Assembly: GCA_030248215.1 (NCBI GenBank)
Contig: JASANG010001329.1
Location: 372,001-436,000 of the forward strand
Length of the DNA stretch: 64,000 bases
Direction of reading: 5' to 3'
Origin: Enoplolaimus lenunculus
Taxonomy: Eukaryota
The notes beneath the pieces are model-generated. The model was given only the letters and a program-made list of their open reading frames with translations, made no database searches and was not told the DNA's origin. How positions within the stretch are numbered: position 1 is the first letter of the stretch; every line of letters begins with the position of its first letter. This document shows positions 58,118 to 64,000 of the stretch, in pieces. The position numbers and the translations under genes are program-made.

Positions 58118-61100
58118 CGTTGTTGTTGTTGTTATTATTATTATACAGCATGCAATTTTTGTCCAATTTTTAGAGAACTTAGTCTGTCAAAACATGATAC
58201 TGTTTGGGTGCTGGACCAAATTGATTCAAACTGGTACGAAGGTGAATTACTCGGCCGTCGAGGAATATTTCCTGTCAAATATGTTAAGGTAAAACTAATT
58301 TATTACGTGATAAATACAACCAAATTGAATGGATATTTATTTTTTATCAAGACAGCATAATGCCGAAGCATTGACGCTGATTTTAAGCTTTAATAGCAGC
58401 GTTTTAAACTAAAATTTTCAAATTGGACCTTGTAGTCTAGCTACTAGCCTGAGCATTTTTGGAAAATAAACGGAATAGGATTTAAGCAGTGTATCGTCAG
58501 CGAAGCCCTGGTAATTTAACAAACCTTCCTAATGAGCTATTGCTGTAGTGAACCGAATAAGAGTTGTGCTGCGCTTATCGTGCGGGCGTCGGACGTCGCC
58601 GATTTGATTCACTACTGTATTGTGATATTGCTGTGCGCATGCTGTTTTTGAGCCTACTAGCTAAACTATGAACGTCTCAAAATAGACGAGCGTCACAAAT
58701 AACAGTAAATATTAGATATGACGACGCGGCGGCGTCATGCAGCACCGTGGGGCGAGTTTAGTGCAATCTGGATTGATTTCATCATTTTCATTTCAGCTGA
58801 ACGAAGATCTGCCAAAATCTGATGATGAAACGACGCTTCCTATCCCGCCGCCACCGCCAGTCCTAGAACAGATTGTCGAGGGTGAAGCACGTGCAAAATT
58901 CGATTTTCAATCGCGACACCCACACGAATTATCGTTGCATACGGTAAGTTTAGTTACTGTGTTAATTTTGGCCAATGTTACTTTTAGGGGCGTAACAGTA
59001 GATTAAGCATATTCCTAAGCATAAGCCTAAGCCTAAACGTTGCAAAAATGTGTTGCAAAGCCTAAACCTAAGCATAAGCCTATGCCTAAACCTAAGCATA
59101 AGCCTAAGCCTAAGCAAAAAATGTAATCTAGAATCTAAACCTACTCTTTTATAGACCCACCAGAACCTTCACGCTCCTTAAAGTAACATGAGCCATCATT
59201 TGAATAAATCAATTAACATAGTCTGAAGTTTCTCGATAACTAGTAACAAATGTAGTTTTTGCCGTATTGCAGTAGACTATTGAGTAAATGACCCTAATGA
59301 AATTAATATTCCACGAAATTAAGGTCCGCTATCAGAAATGCTTAGTCGAGACACCAAACATAGAGAGAACAAGAAAAAATAGTTATCATAGAATTTGTGG
59401 AACGCTGTTGGGTAAATTTTTCGTCAAGGGATTTGTACAAACGTCTGTCAAAAGATGCATCTCTTTTTGTTACCAACCGTTTATGTATTTATATATCAGG
59501 GGCGGATCTGGAAAATATTTAGTGGGAGTTACTAATATTACATATGAACGCTTAAGAAACGAGCACGCTCGAGGGCAAGTAGCACCATAATCGATACCTT
59601 GAAGAAATACTCGAATGGTGTCATTCAAGTCGAAGCATTTTTGGATTTTATATTTGACAAAAAATGTTGGTTCATACGAAAACGTGGTCACGGGAACGCA
59701 ATAAACCAATTGGATCCGGCCCTATACCGTTATGTTTGTTATGATTTAGTCTGAAACAATCGTTTTGATTCGTAAAGTCGACGATAATTGGTGGGAAGGT
59801 CGGAGCGCGTCTGGAAAGCGTGGTATATTTCCGGCAAATCATGTGCAAGTTGTTCGTGAACCAGCAAAATATCAAAAATGTTAGTTTATTACATTTGAAT
59901 TTAAAATTGTAACTGTGCAACTTTATCCGAAGTATTGGAAGTTTTTCATCCTTTTTGACACAAGTATTTTTACAGGCCATCGAAATTTTGGTCCATGTAA
60001 AGATCAGGTGCAGAGAGTTTTTCTGTGGGACTAGAACAGAGTAAGCTTACGCTTTAGGCTAACTTGTTTGTTTGGCTTAGGCTTAGGCTTAGGCTTAGGC
60101 TTAGGAATATGCTCATTCTTACACTTTGCTTTAGGCTTAGCCTTAGGCCTAGGAATATGCTTATAATACTGATCCACGCCTGTTCTTTACATTGACCGAA
60201 ATGTTTTAGGCAGCCTGAAACGAAATATAGTTAATGTATATGGAAATGAAATAATAAATAAAATCAACGATTAATACGAGTTATGTAGCGCTTTCAGTGG
60301 CGGATGCAGAAATTTCGAACAGAGAGGCCGACCGATTTATAATAGTGAAAAAAGCTCATGAGTGAAGCGAGTTAAAAAGCTCAACGCAACTTCGCCTTCC
60401 ACTCCAATCACTGGAGTTCGAATCCTAGCATAAATGTAGTTCTCACGGAAAACAGAAAATATTCATGTGAGAAAGGGTTAAGCGAAAAATTTTCAGTTTA
60501 CTATCTTTAACCCCTTCTCACATTCAATTGCCTGTAGGCAACTCAGCGCAGTGTATATACGTTAAATAGTATATATCGCACCGTGTTTAACAATTGCAAC
60601 ACGTATACATAGTACTAAATCACTACAAGACGTGAGAGCCCCCTCGGGCTCGAGCGTTTAGCTCCTATAGCTGAGAGGTGATGGTATACGCCTCCCACTC
60701 CAATCACTGGAGTTTGAATCCTAGCATAAAAGTAGTTCTCACGGAAAACAGAAAATAGTCATGTGAGAAAGGGTTAAAGTCAAATCTTTGACATTTTAAA
60801 CTGGTACTAATAAAATTTAATACTGCGATACTGTGTAAATTTTCACAATCATCGTTGACGTAGCATGGCTTGGTTGCAAAATTATGTTAATATCTGTAAT
60901 TGTTAGGTATGTCAGAATGCTGACAGGGCATCTAATTTTGAAATTTTAGCACTCTACGAATTTCTCATTAAGTATACGCCGTCTTCACTTGTTAAACAGG
61001 TTAATCATGTTTGTAGAATGAACATAACGAAATTTCCACAATATCATGCGTACACCAGGTGACCTTTTAGCGGTTAGTATGATGAACACTGAAGCTTTTT

Positions 61101-62124
61101 TGGCTTTTGTGTTCGTCACTTTCTCCCTCAAAAGTCACCTAGTATACGCATGATGTTATGGAAATTGTATAACGCAACGGACAGCTATTTAGCAGTCAAT
61201 GGCTGGGTTTCCGAAACCCTACTTAAGTACGACTTAGATAGTACTTAGCACCCTGCTAAGTAATTACTGAACCACTCTGTCGTTTCGCTGACTAAATTTG
61301 ATATATTCCAAATAAACCATTCAGGCATACTTACTTTAGTCTATTCAAAATTGTAGATCCATGGTGCCTAAATAATGTAAAGTAAAAGTATTACTTTTTT
61401 CTTGTATGAATGGCTGGCATTTGGCGTTTATTTGGTTTTGCTCGAAAATTTATGTGTTCACTTAAGGCGTCGACTTGAATAATTACTTAAGTATAACTTA
61501 AGTAAAAATTTAAGTACGATTTTAGAAACCCAGCCATTGACAATTAAAACTTTTTAGATTTTGCCGCTCCCGAGCTGCAATCAAACTACGCTTCGTCCAA
61601 AATTCGAGTGGCCGGTAGAACACATGGCGTTAGCGATGAAAGGGGAATGTCGGAATTTAATATTCGGGTAAATAATATCTTGTGATGTTGACATATCTTA
61701 AAACATGTCATATACTAAACAGATATAGTACAAATCTTCAGCTAGTGCTTAAACAGGTTAGCAGCAAACTATGCAACTATTAATGATTAAACGTATAAAA
61801 TAAACTAATGGAAATTATTTGACCCCTATGCTAAATCAAACGCAGTCTCGGCTTTCGGCAGGCTTTTTGAAAATTTTTAGAATCCTTCAAACATTCTGGG
61901 TTGGCCATGTGCCTGAAGCTGGGGGGGGGGCATAATGGCGCTGACCTCATCTATTTTTAGTAAAACGAATAGGTATTCTATAATACTAAATTATAAATAT
62001 TCGCTTTCTTTTAGGACGGAACATGTAATTTAGAGACGCACCGTGCGTTTTCTCATGACGTAACTCGTACCGGAACGCCTCCAATCCGATCAGATGCGAT
62101 AACTAAATTTGACGAAGTTGATAC
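645..62124 (+). CDS. SORBS: Sorbin and SH3 domain-containing protein (SORBS/CAP/vinexin/ArgBP2 family), multi-exon, partial (3' end and probably 5' end outside window)
   Basis: SoHo core [24 protein letters not shown] motif and two tandem SH3 domains occur in the family order. GT-AG exons chain with compatible phases. Symbol is family-level only. Confidence 0.9.
4583..4687 (+). CDS. Tentative exon ([34 protein letters not shown]), phase 1-1
   Basis: Long T-rich tract ending tttag, 105 nt open GC-richer frame, T|GTAAGG donor. Phase matches the exon at 15704. Confidence 0.45.
4856..4941 (+). repeat. Degenerate (TTAGGC/TTAGGT)n hexamer array within a MITE remnant
   Basis: About 14 hexamers followed by ...taacatgggcc, the family terminus. 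Confidence 0.8.
5480..5720 (+). repeat. Dispersed repeat with internal tandem unit of about 57 bp; second copy at about 20440-20710
   Basis: aagattttggatgaatttcataatttttatatcatttc occurs twice. The homologous block at 20440 also has two units. Confidence 0.7.
8036..8693 (+). mobile_element. hAT-like MITE family B interrupted by a family C insertion (from 8107)
   Basis: Both halves match the 39325 and 49439 copies. 8107-8430 matches family C. Confidence 0.72.
10463..10635 (+). mobile_element. hAT-like MITE family D copy
   Basis: Family termini. Flanks tgcggaag / cgcagaag. Confidence 0.75.
12987..13414 (+). mobile_element. TA-flanked Tc1/mariner-like MITE family C
   Basis: TIR ctgtagtgacccgaataagagggg / ccccctcttattcgggtcact(ac)ag, embedded in TATG/CATA microsatellite. 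Confidence 0.78.
14512..14717 (+). mobile_element. Merlin-like TTAGGC MITE, second subfamily
   Basis: 25-bp TIR ggcccatgtatagaacagggccgga (24/25 match) with two internal TTAGGC blocks. Related copies at about 10932-11118, 42215-42355 and 4825-4982. Confidence 0.8.
15704..18064 (+). CDS. Giant Ser/Thr/Asn-rich low-complexity exon (787 codons), phase 1-1
   Basis: Core of ORF 15607..18141. Acceptor tttcag at 15702-15703, donor G|GTAAAT at 18065, 2361 nt. Confidence 0.85.
25571..25864 (+). mobile_element. Harbinger-like MITE family E with internal ccgtcacc/ccggac repeats
   Basis: TIR agggttgcgctatact / agtatagcgcaactct. Related partial copies at 23346-23443, 40767-40918 and about 9410-9460. Confidence 0.72.
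27368..27694 (-). mobile_element. MITE family C copy (reverse, internally deleted)
   Basis: TA|ctgtagtggcccgaataagagg...caatacag|TA. Internal sequence is the reverse complement of the 12987 copy. Confidence 0.78.
28296..28465 (+). mobile_element. hAT-like MITE family D (about 150-170 bp), representative copy
   Basis: Ends (c)aggcccgtagcc...ggctacgggcc(tg), perfect 8-bp TSD cttgtgaa. Further copies near 7011, 9245, 10463, 30251, 30693, 35345, 39660, 41325, 47016, 48065, 51042 and 62687. Confidence 0.8.
30251..30413 (-). mobile_element. hAT-like MITE family D copy
   Basis: Reverse orientation. Flanks gcctttac / gcctctac. Confidence 0.75.
33556..33853 (+). mobile_element. hAT-like MITE family H (gcggatccag ends)
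   Basis: Flanks tatgcacc / tatacacc. Related segments at about 9715-9875, 26182-26350, 28098-28275, 44150-44493, 59497-59724 and 60295-60390. Confidence 0.68.
33929..34182 (+). CDS. Pro-rich exon ([21 protein letters not shown]...ESDKIP), phase 1-0
   Basis: ttttag acceptor, CCG|GTAAGT donor, open frame bridging the phases of the flanking exons. Not in the ORF track. Confidence 0.8.
34858..35078. mobile_element. Harbinger-like MITE family G (about 50-bp TIR gcccgtattctcaaa...)
   Basis: Long imperfect TIRs. Second copy at 40158-40383, partial copy ending at 34680. Confidence 0.72.
36170..37423 (+). CDS. Large Thr/Ser/Asn-rich exon (418 codons), phase 0-0
   Basis: ORF 36206..37432 extended to the ttttag acceptor at 36168-36169. 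Donor ACG|GTACGT. Confidence 0.85.
38516..39263 (+). CDS. Exon ([21 protein letters not shown]...RYQTEQ), phase 0-1
   Basis: ORF 38552..39379 trimmed to the tttttcag acceptor and AAG|GTAAGG donor. Confidence 0.85.
39325..39499 (+). mobile_element. hAT-like MITE family B, internally deleted copy
   Basis: Same TIRs. Flanks caagggag / caggggtg. Confidence 0.78.
40158..40383. mobile_element. MITE family G copy
   Basis: gcccgtattctcaaatg...catttgagaatatgggccc. Confidence 0.72.
41325..41495 (+). mobile_element. hAT-like MITE family D copy
   Basis: Family termini. Flanks tcagttcg / gcagttgg. Confidence 0.7.
42548..42730 (+). repeat. Diverged tandem duplication, period about 93 bp
   Basis: taatatagcgaaatct...gagaggtaaatct(a/g)tacttt occurs twice. 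Confidence 0.8.
43403..43545 (-). mobile_element. Merlin-like TTAGGC MITE, short-array copy
   Basis: Same ends as 62239 with only about 3 hexamers. Confidence 0.75.
44160..44480 (+). repeat. Tandem duplication (period 170 bp) of a family H right arm
   Basis: 44171-44310 is nearly identical to 44341-44480. Confidence 0.85.
45912..46129 (+). CDS. Exon preceding the SoHo core (...[15 protein letters not shown]), phase 1-0
   Basis: tttcag acceptor, ACG|GTTTGT donor. Ends in IRT, resembling the SoHo IRT-TVDRP segment. Confidence 0.8.
46543..46739. mobile_element. Unclassified MITE (tagaccaatctg / cagattggtcta TIR, internal ggccaaa repeats)
   Basis: 12-bp perfect inverted ends in a TA-rich context. 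Confidence 0.6.
46820..46901 (+). CDS. SoHo (sorbin homology) core exon [27 protein letters not shown], phase 0-1
   Basis: Close match to the SORBS SoHo core DWYKTMFKQIH. ttttag acceptor and A|GTAAGC donor. Confidence 0.92.
47871..47945 (+). CDS. Small exon ([24 protein letters not shown]), phase 1-1
   Basis: tttcttcag acceptor, 75 nt open frame, weaker G|GTTCGT donor. Confidence 0.55.
48305..48643. repeat. ctccgg-rich repeat remnant (right end ...ctccggttgcaccctg, hAT-like)
   Basis: Multiple ctccgg/ggctcc units at both ends. Left TIR not seen. Confidence 0.5.
48677..48746 (+). CDS. Small exon with ambiguous acceptor (48677 gives phase 1-2; 48693 gives [17 protein letters not shown], phase 1-1)
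   Basis: Strong AG|GTGAGT donor at 48747. Two candidate AG acceptors 16 nt apart. Confidence 0.55.
49097..49270 (+). repeat. Dispersed repeat family I (cagggccggagcagcc...ccccatacc...)
   Basis: Similar segments at 29084-29200 (+), about 20895-21030 (-) and 1440-1500 (-). Confidence 0.65.
49439..49810 (-). mobile_element. hAT-like MITE family B (cagtggcggatcc TIR)
   Basis: TIR cagtggcgga...tccgccactg, 8-bp TSD accatggt / accatgga. Confidence 0.82.
49972..50101 (+). CDS. Exon with SORBS post-SoHo motif (YDTPELE...[19 protein letters not shown]), phase 2-0
   Basis: Resembles the SORBS motif P-[RK]-S-I-x-E-Y-E-P-G-K-S-S. ttttacag acceptor, GAG|GTAAAG donor. The phase-1 frame hits a stop immediately. 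Confidence 0.85.
50635..50699 (+). CDS. Small exon [21 protein letters not shown], phase 0-2
   Basis: ttttattttag acceptor, CA|GTAAGT donor. Bridges the phases of the neighbouring exons. Confidence 0.75.
51251..51411 (+). CDS. Exon (...[28 protein letters not shown]), phase 2-1
   Basis: gttttag acceptor, AG|GTAAGA donor. Resembles the Y-x-x-IQ-x-GGE-[IV]-PL-x-G-[LF]-R-x-x-x-PE segment I recall from invertebrate CAP proteins. Confidence 0.8.
52153..53317 (+). CDS. Large exon of the SoHo-SH3 insert, phase 1-2
   Basis: ORF 52293..53321 extends open to the tttgcag acceptor at 52151-52152. Donor AA|GTAAGT just before the stop. Confidence 0.8.
53883..55474 (+). CDS. Large exon of the SoHo-SH3 insert, phase 2-1 (read-through stops at 55497)
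   Basis: ORF 53890..55497. tttcag acceptor joins YDDVYK-SAMQAL in frame. Strong G|GTGAGC donor at 55475. Confidence 0.8.
56452..56507 (+). CDS. Small exon [19 protein letters not shown], phase 1-0
   Basis: actaattatag acceptor, AGG|GTAAGT donor. Supplies the needed phase change. Confidence 0.75.
56997..57052 (+). CDS. Small exon [18 protein letters not shown], phase 0-2
   Basis: cattatag acceptor, TT|GTAAGT donor, phase-compatible. Confidence 0.7.
57459..57674 (+). CDS. Exon ending in the start of SH3 #1 (...[16 protein letters not shown]), phase 2-2
   Basis: cttacag acceptor, AG|GTAAAG donor. Joins in frame to RELSL. Confidence 0.85.
58077..58144 (+). repeat. (ATT)n/(GTT)n microsatellite 30 nt upstream of the SH3 #1 exon acceptor
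   Basis: Direct reading. Confidence 0.9.
58174..58288 (+). CDS. SH3 #1 core ([39 protein letters not shown])
   Basis: Canonical SH3 ELS, WYEG and GIFP-x-x-YV motifs. tttttag acceptor and AAG|GTAAAA donor. Confidence 0.95.
58797..58943 (+). CDS. Inter-SH3 linker and start of SH3 #2 (...[35 protein letters not shown])
   Basis: [10 protein letters not shown] is typical of the SORBS second SH3. tttcag acceptor and ACG|GTAAGT donor. Confidence 0.93.
58970..59194 (-). mobile_element. Merlin-like TTAGGC MITE, same subfamily as 62239
   Basis: Same TIRs and internal sequence, different repeat count. Confidence 0.8.
59750..59879 (+). CDS. SH3 #2 core ([43 protein letters not shown])
   Basis: SH3 motifs VDDNWWEG and GIFP. 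atttag acceptor and T|GTTAGT donor. Confidence 0.93.
59990..60197 (+). mobile_element. Merlin-like TTAGGC MITE, second subfamily
   Basis: ggtccatgtaaaga...tctttacattgacc TIRs. Flanks gaaatttt / gaaatgtt. Confidence 0.75.
60511..60773 (+). mobile_element. piggyBac-like MITE carrying a tRNA-derived segment
   Basis: TTAA on both sides, CCC...GGG ends, 13-bp TIR ccccttctcacat / atgtgagaaaggg. Right-end partial copy at 60393-60481. Confidence 0.8.
60661..60733 (+). pseudogene. Degenerate tRNA-like sequence (Gly-CCC-like) inside the piggyBac MITE
   Basis: A-box-like tagctgagagg, cgcctcccac anticodon-region motif, B-box-like gagtt(t/c)gaatcc. Acceptor and anticodon stems pair poorly. Confidence 0.5.
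61201..61535. mobile_element. MITE with ggctgggtttc...gaaacccagcc TIRs (possibly ISL2EU/Harbinger-related)
   Basis: About 26-bp imperfect TIRs with subterminal acttaagt repeats, flanked by AT. Confidence 0.7.
61558..61667 (+). CDS. Linker exon after SH3 #2 ([19 protein letters not shown]...EFNIR), phase 1-0
   Basis: ctttttag acceptor, CGG|GTAAAT donor, open and phase-compatible. Confidence 0.7.
62015..62124 (+). CDS. Linker exon ([12 protein letters not shown]...KFDEVD) before the presumed SH3 #3, phase 0-2
   Basis: ctttcttttag acceptor, AC|GTAAGC donor. Confidence 0.7.
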
Positions 62125-62238
62125 GTAAGCATTGTTATTTAGTTGTGTGCAGTGGAGTAGCAGCCTGGTGGGGGGCTTGGCTTCAGGCCATTCCATTTAG
62201 GTGTCAGAAAATTTTGCATGACATATAATAGAAATTTT

Positions 62239-62439
62239 GGCCAATGTTACTTTAAGGGGCGTAACAGTAGATTAATCGTATTCCAAGCCTAAGCCTAAGC
62301 CTAAGCGTTGCAAAAATGTGTTCCTAAACCTAGCCTAAGCCTAAACCTAAGCCTGAGCAGAAAAATGTAATCTAGAATCTAAACCTACCCTTTTATAGAC
62401 CCGCCAGAAACCTGGACGCCATTTAAAGTAACATGGGCC
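62239..62439 (-). mobile_element. Merlin-like MITE with internal (GCCTAA/TTAGGC)n
   Basis: TIRs ggccaatgttactttaa...ttaaagtaacatgggcc, GG/CC termini, perfect 8-bp TSD gaaatttt. Confidence 0.8.
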
Positions 62440-63160
62440 GAAATTTTTATGAAAAATACTAAATTCCATACATTACAAATTAGATGCCTACCTTACAAAT
62501 TATTAAAATTGCGTTTGGCTTCTCGCTTGCAGCGCTCGCAAGGTTTGTTCCAATATTTTATATCGCGCATCAGCGTATGTGACCCCGTACATTTTAAAAT
62601 CAGCTGTTGCGCTCATATCTGTAACAAAACACAATTTTTAATTGGCTACGCTAATTTTTAATTGGCTACGCTAGCAGAATTCAAATCCGGACCAGTAGCC
62701 TAGAAAAGAGGATAGTTGCAGAGGGCTCAGCCCAGCCTCCTTGGAAAATTTTTAGCCCCTAAAGCAATTTCAACCTTGCTTTTTAATTCTTTAAAAACCC
62801 TTGTTAGCAAGGTGAGTTGGCTACATGCCTGTAGATATTCGTGCCGTTAGCTGAGCTTTATGACAATTAACAACAAAACTCCTGTTCTTGATTTGGTTTT
62901 TAACCAAAATCAAAATATTTTACTACAAGGCCCAGCAAATGTTGGTTTTGACGGACGGACTGAACGTGAATGGTAATAATAGAACAAACAAGCTAAAATA
63001 CATACAAAGTGGAACGAAAACAATACGCAAAACGAATAATATAAACTCTGTACTGAAATGACTTTTATTCACAAAATAAAAAAATATGGTAACGAACGAG
63101 CAAATCATCAATACTGATATTTAATGTTTGAGAAATTTGCAAGGTAGAGTTAAAAAAGTA

Positions 63161-64000
63161 CTGTAGTGACCCGAAGTAGAGGGGGTAATAAAAGGGGATC
63201 CCCATTTTGAGTCCCAATCTATAGAAGTCCGTATCCCTAATAAAAGTCCGTAAGCGGATAGAGTCTCTAAACCCTAAATAGAGTCCATAAATGTCAATTA
63301 TCCCTAATTGTAGCGCATGAATGATTCAATGACCAAATAATTTGAGTTTGTTAAAGCTTACTTAAATTTTGAAAGTACATTTCTAAGTATAACCTTGCAT
63401 TATCGCTCAAGCTATTGTCACAAGACAAATAAACGTTTAATTCAACGGACAGTTGCAGTACCGGATATATTTCAGTAATGAAGGGTGGCGAAGCGTGGGT
63501 TATAAATAAATAACAGTCCGTAACCGAATAACAGGGGTACACTCTGGACAGGCCAAATAAATATCAGCCCCCTCTCTTATTCGGGTCACTCCAGTGCATA
63601 CATACATACATACATACATACATACATGCATACATAATAATTTGAGTTTGTTAAAGCTTACTTAAATTTTGAAAGTACATTTCTAAGTATAACCTTGCAT
63701 TATCGCTCAAGCTATTGTCACAAGACAAATAAACGTTTAATTCAACGGACAGTTGCAGTACCGGATATATTTCAGTAATGAAGGGTGGCGGAGCGTGGGT
63801 TATAACTAAATAACAGTCCGTAACCGAATAACAGGGGTACACTCTGGACAGGCCAAATAAATATCAGCCCCCTCTCTTATTCGGGTCACTCCAGTACATA
63901 CATACATATATATATGGCGGAGCGTGGGTGATAAATAAATAACAGTCCGTAACCGAATAACAGGGGGTACACTGTGGACAGGCCAAATAAATATCAGCCC
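63161..64000 (+). mobile_element. MITE family C copy (63161-63594) followed by tandem re-duplications of its right arm
   Basis: 63336-63594 repeated at 63636-63894 (period 300), with a third partial copy from 63915, separated by (CATA)n. Confidence 0.88.

Noticed and set aside
60072..60152. True telomere or telomere-fusion remnant
   Set aside because: The arrays are short, degenerate and enclosed by TIRs.
60661..60733. Functional tRNA-Gly gene
   Set aside because: Acceptor and anticodon stems do not pair convincingly and it is embedded in a TIR element. Kept only as tRNA-derived.
63351..63842. Duplicated 63-aa ORFs (MYPCYSVTDCY...), similar to ORF 13139..13423
   Set aside because: All lie in copies of MITE family C and show no transposase or other domain features.
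63336..64000. Repeat-spacer-like arrangement suggestive of CRISPR
   Set aside because: Units are about 260 bp MITE arms with microsatellite spacers, the context is a eukaryotic intron, and there are no cas genes.

Overview
AT-rich eukaryotic genomic DNA, most likely an invertebrate animal. It is not prokaryotic, and no CRISPR arrays, rRNA genes or operons were seen. The window lies inside one large + strand multi-exon gene of the SORBS family (CAP/ponsin, vinexin, ArgBP2). Manual GT-AG splicing gives up to about 23 exons (645-62124) in a phase-compatible chain of about 3,100 codons. One junction (48746 to 49972) is ambiguous and the first two exons are tentative. The chain encodes long Ser/Thr/Pro/Asn-rich exons, a divergent SoHo motif ([11 protein letters not shown]), a [13 protein letters not shown] motif, two complete SH3 domains and the linker to a presumed third SH3 beyond the window. 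Introns are packed with short non-autonomous DNA transposons (MITEs): hAT-like, Merlin-like with internal (TTAGGC)n, Harbinger-like, TA-flanked Tc1/mariner-like, and a piggyBac-like element carrying a tRNA-derived segment. I found no evidence of a wholly new system. The most notable points are the giant frame-neutral exon cassettes, the tRNA-bearing piggyBac MITE, the telomere-like-repeat MITEs and an inverted duplication bracketing a small exon. Coordinates were read by hand and repeat boundaries are approximate.
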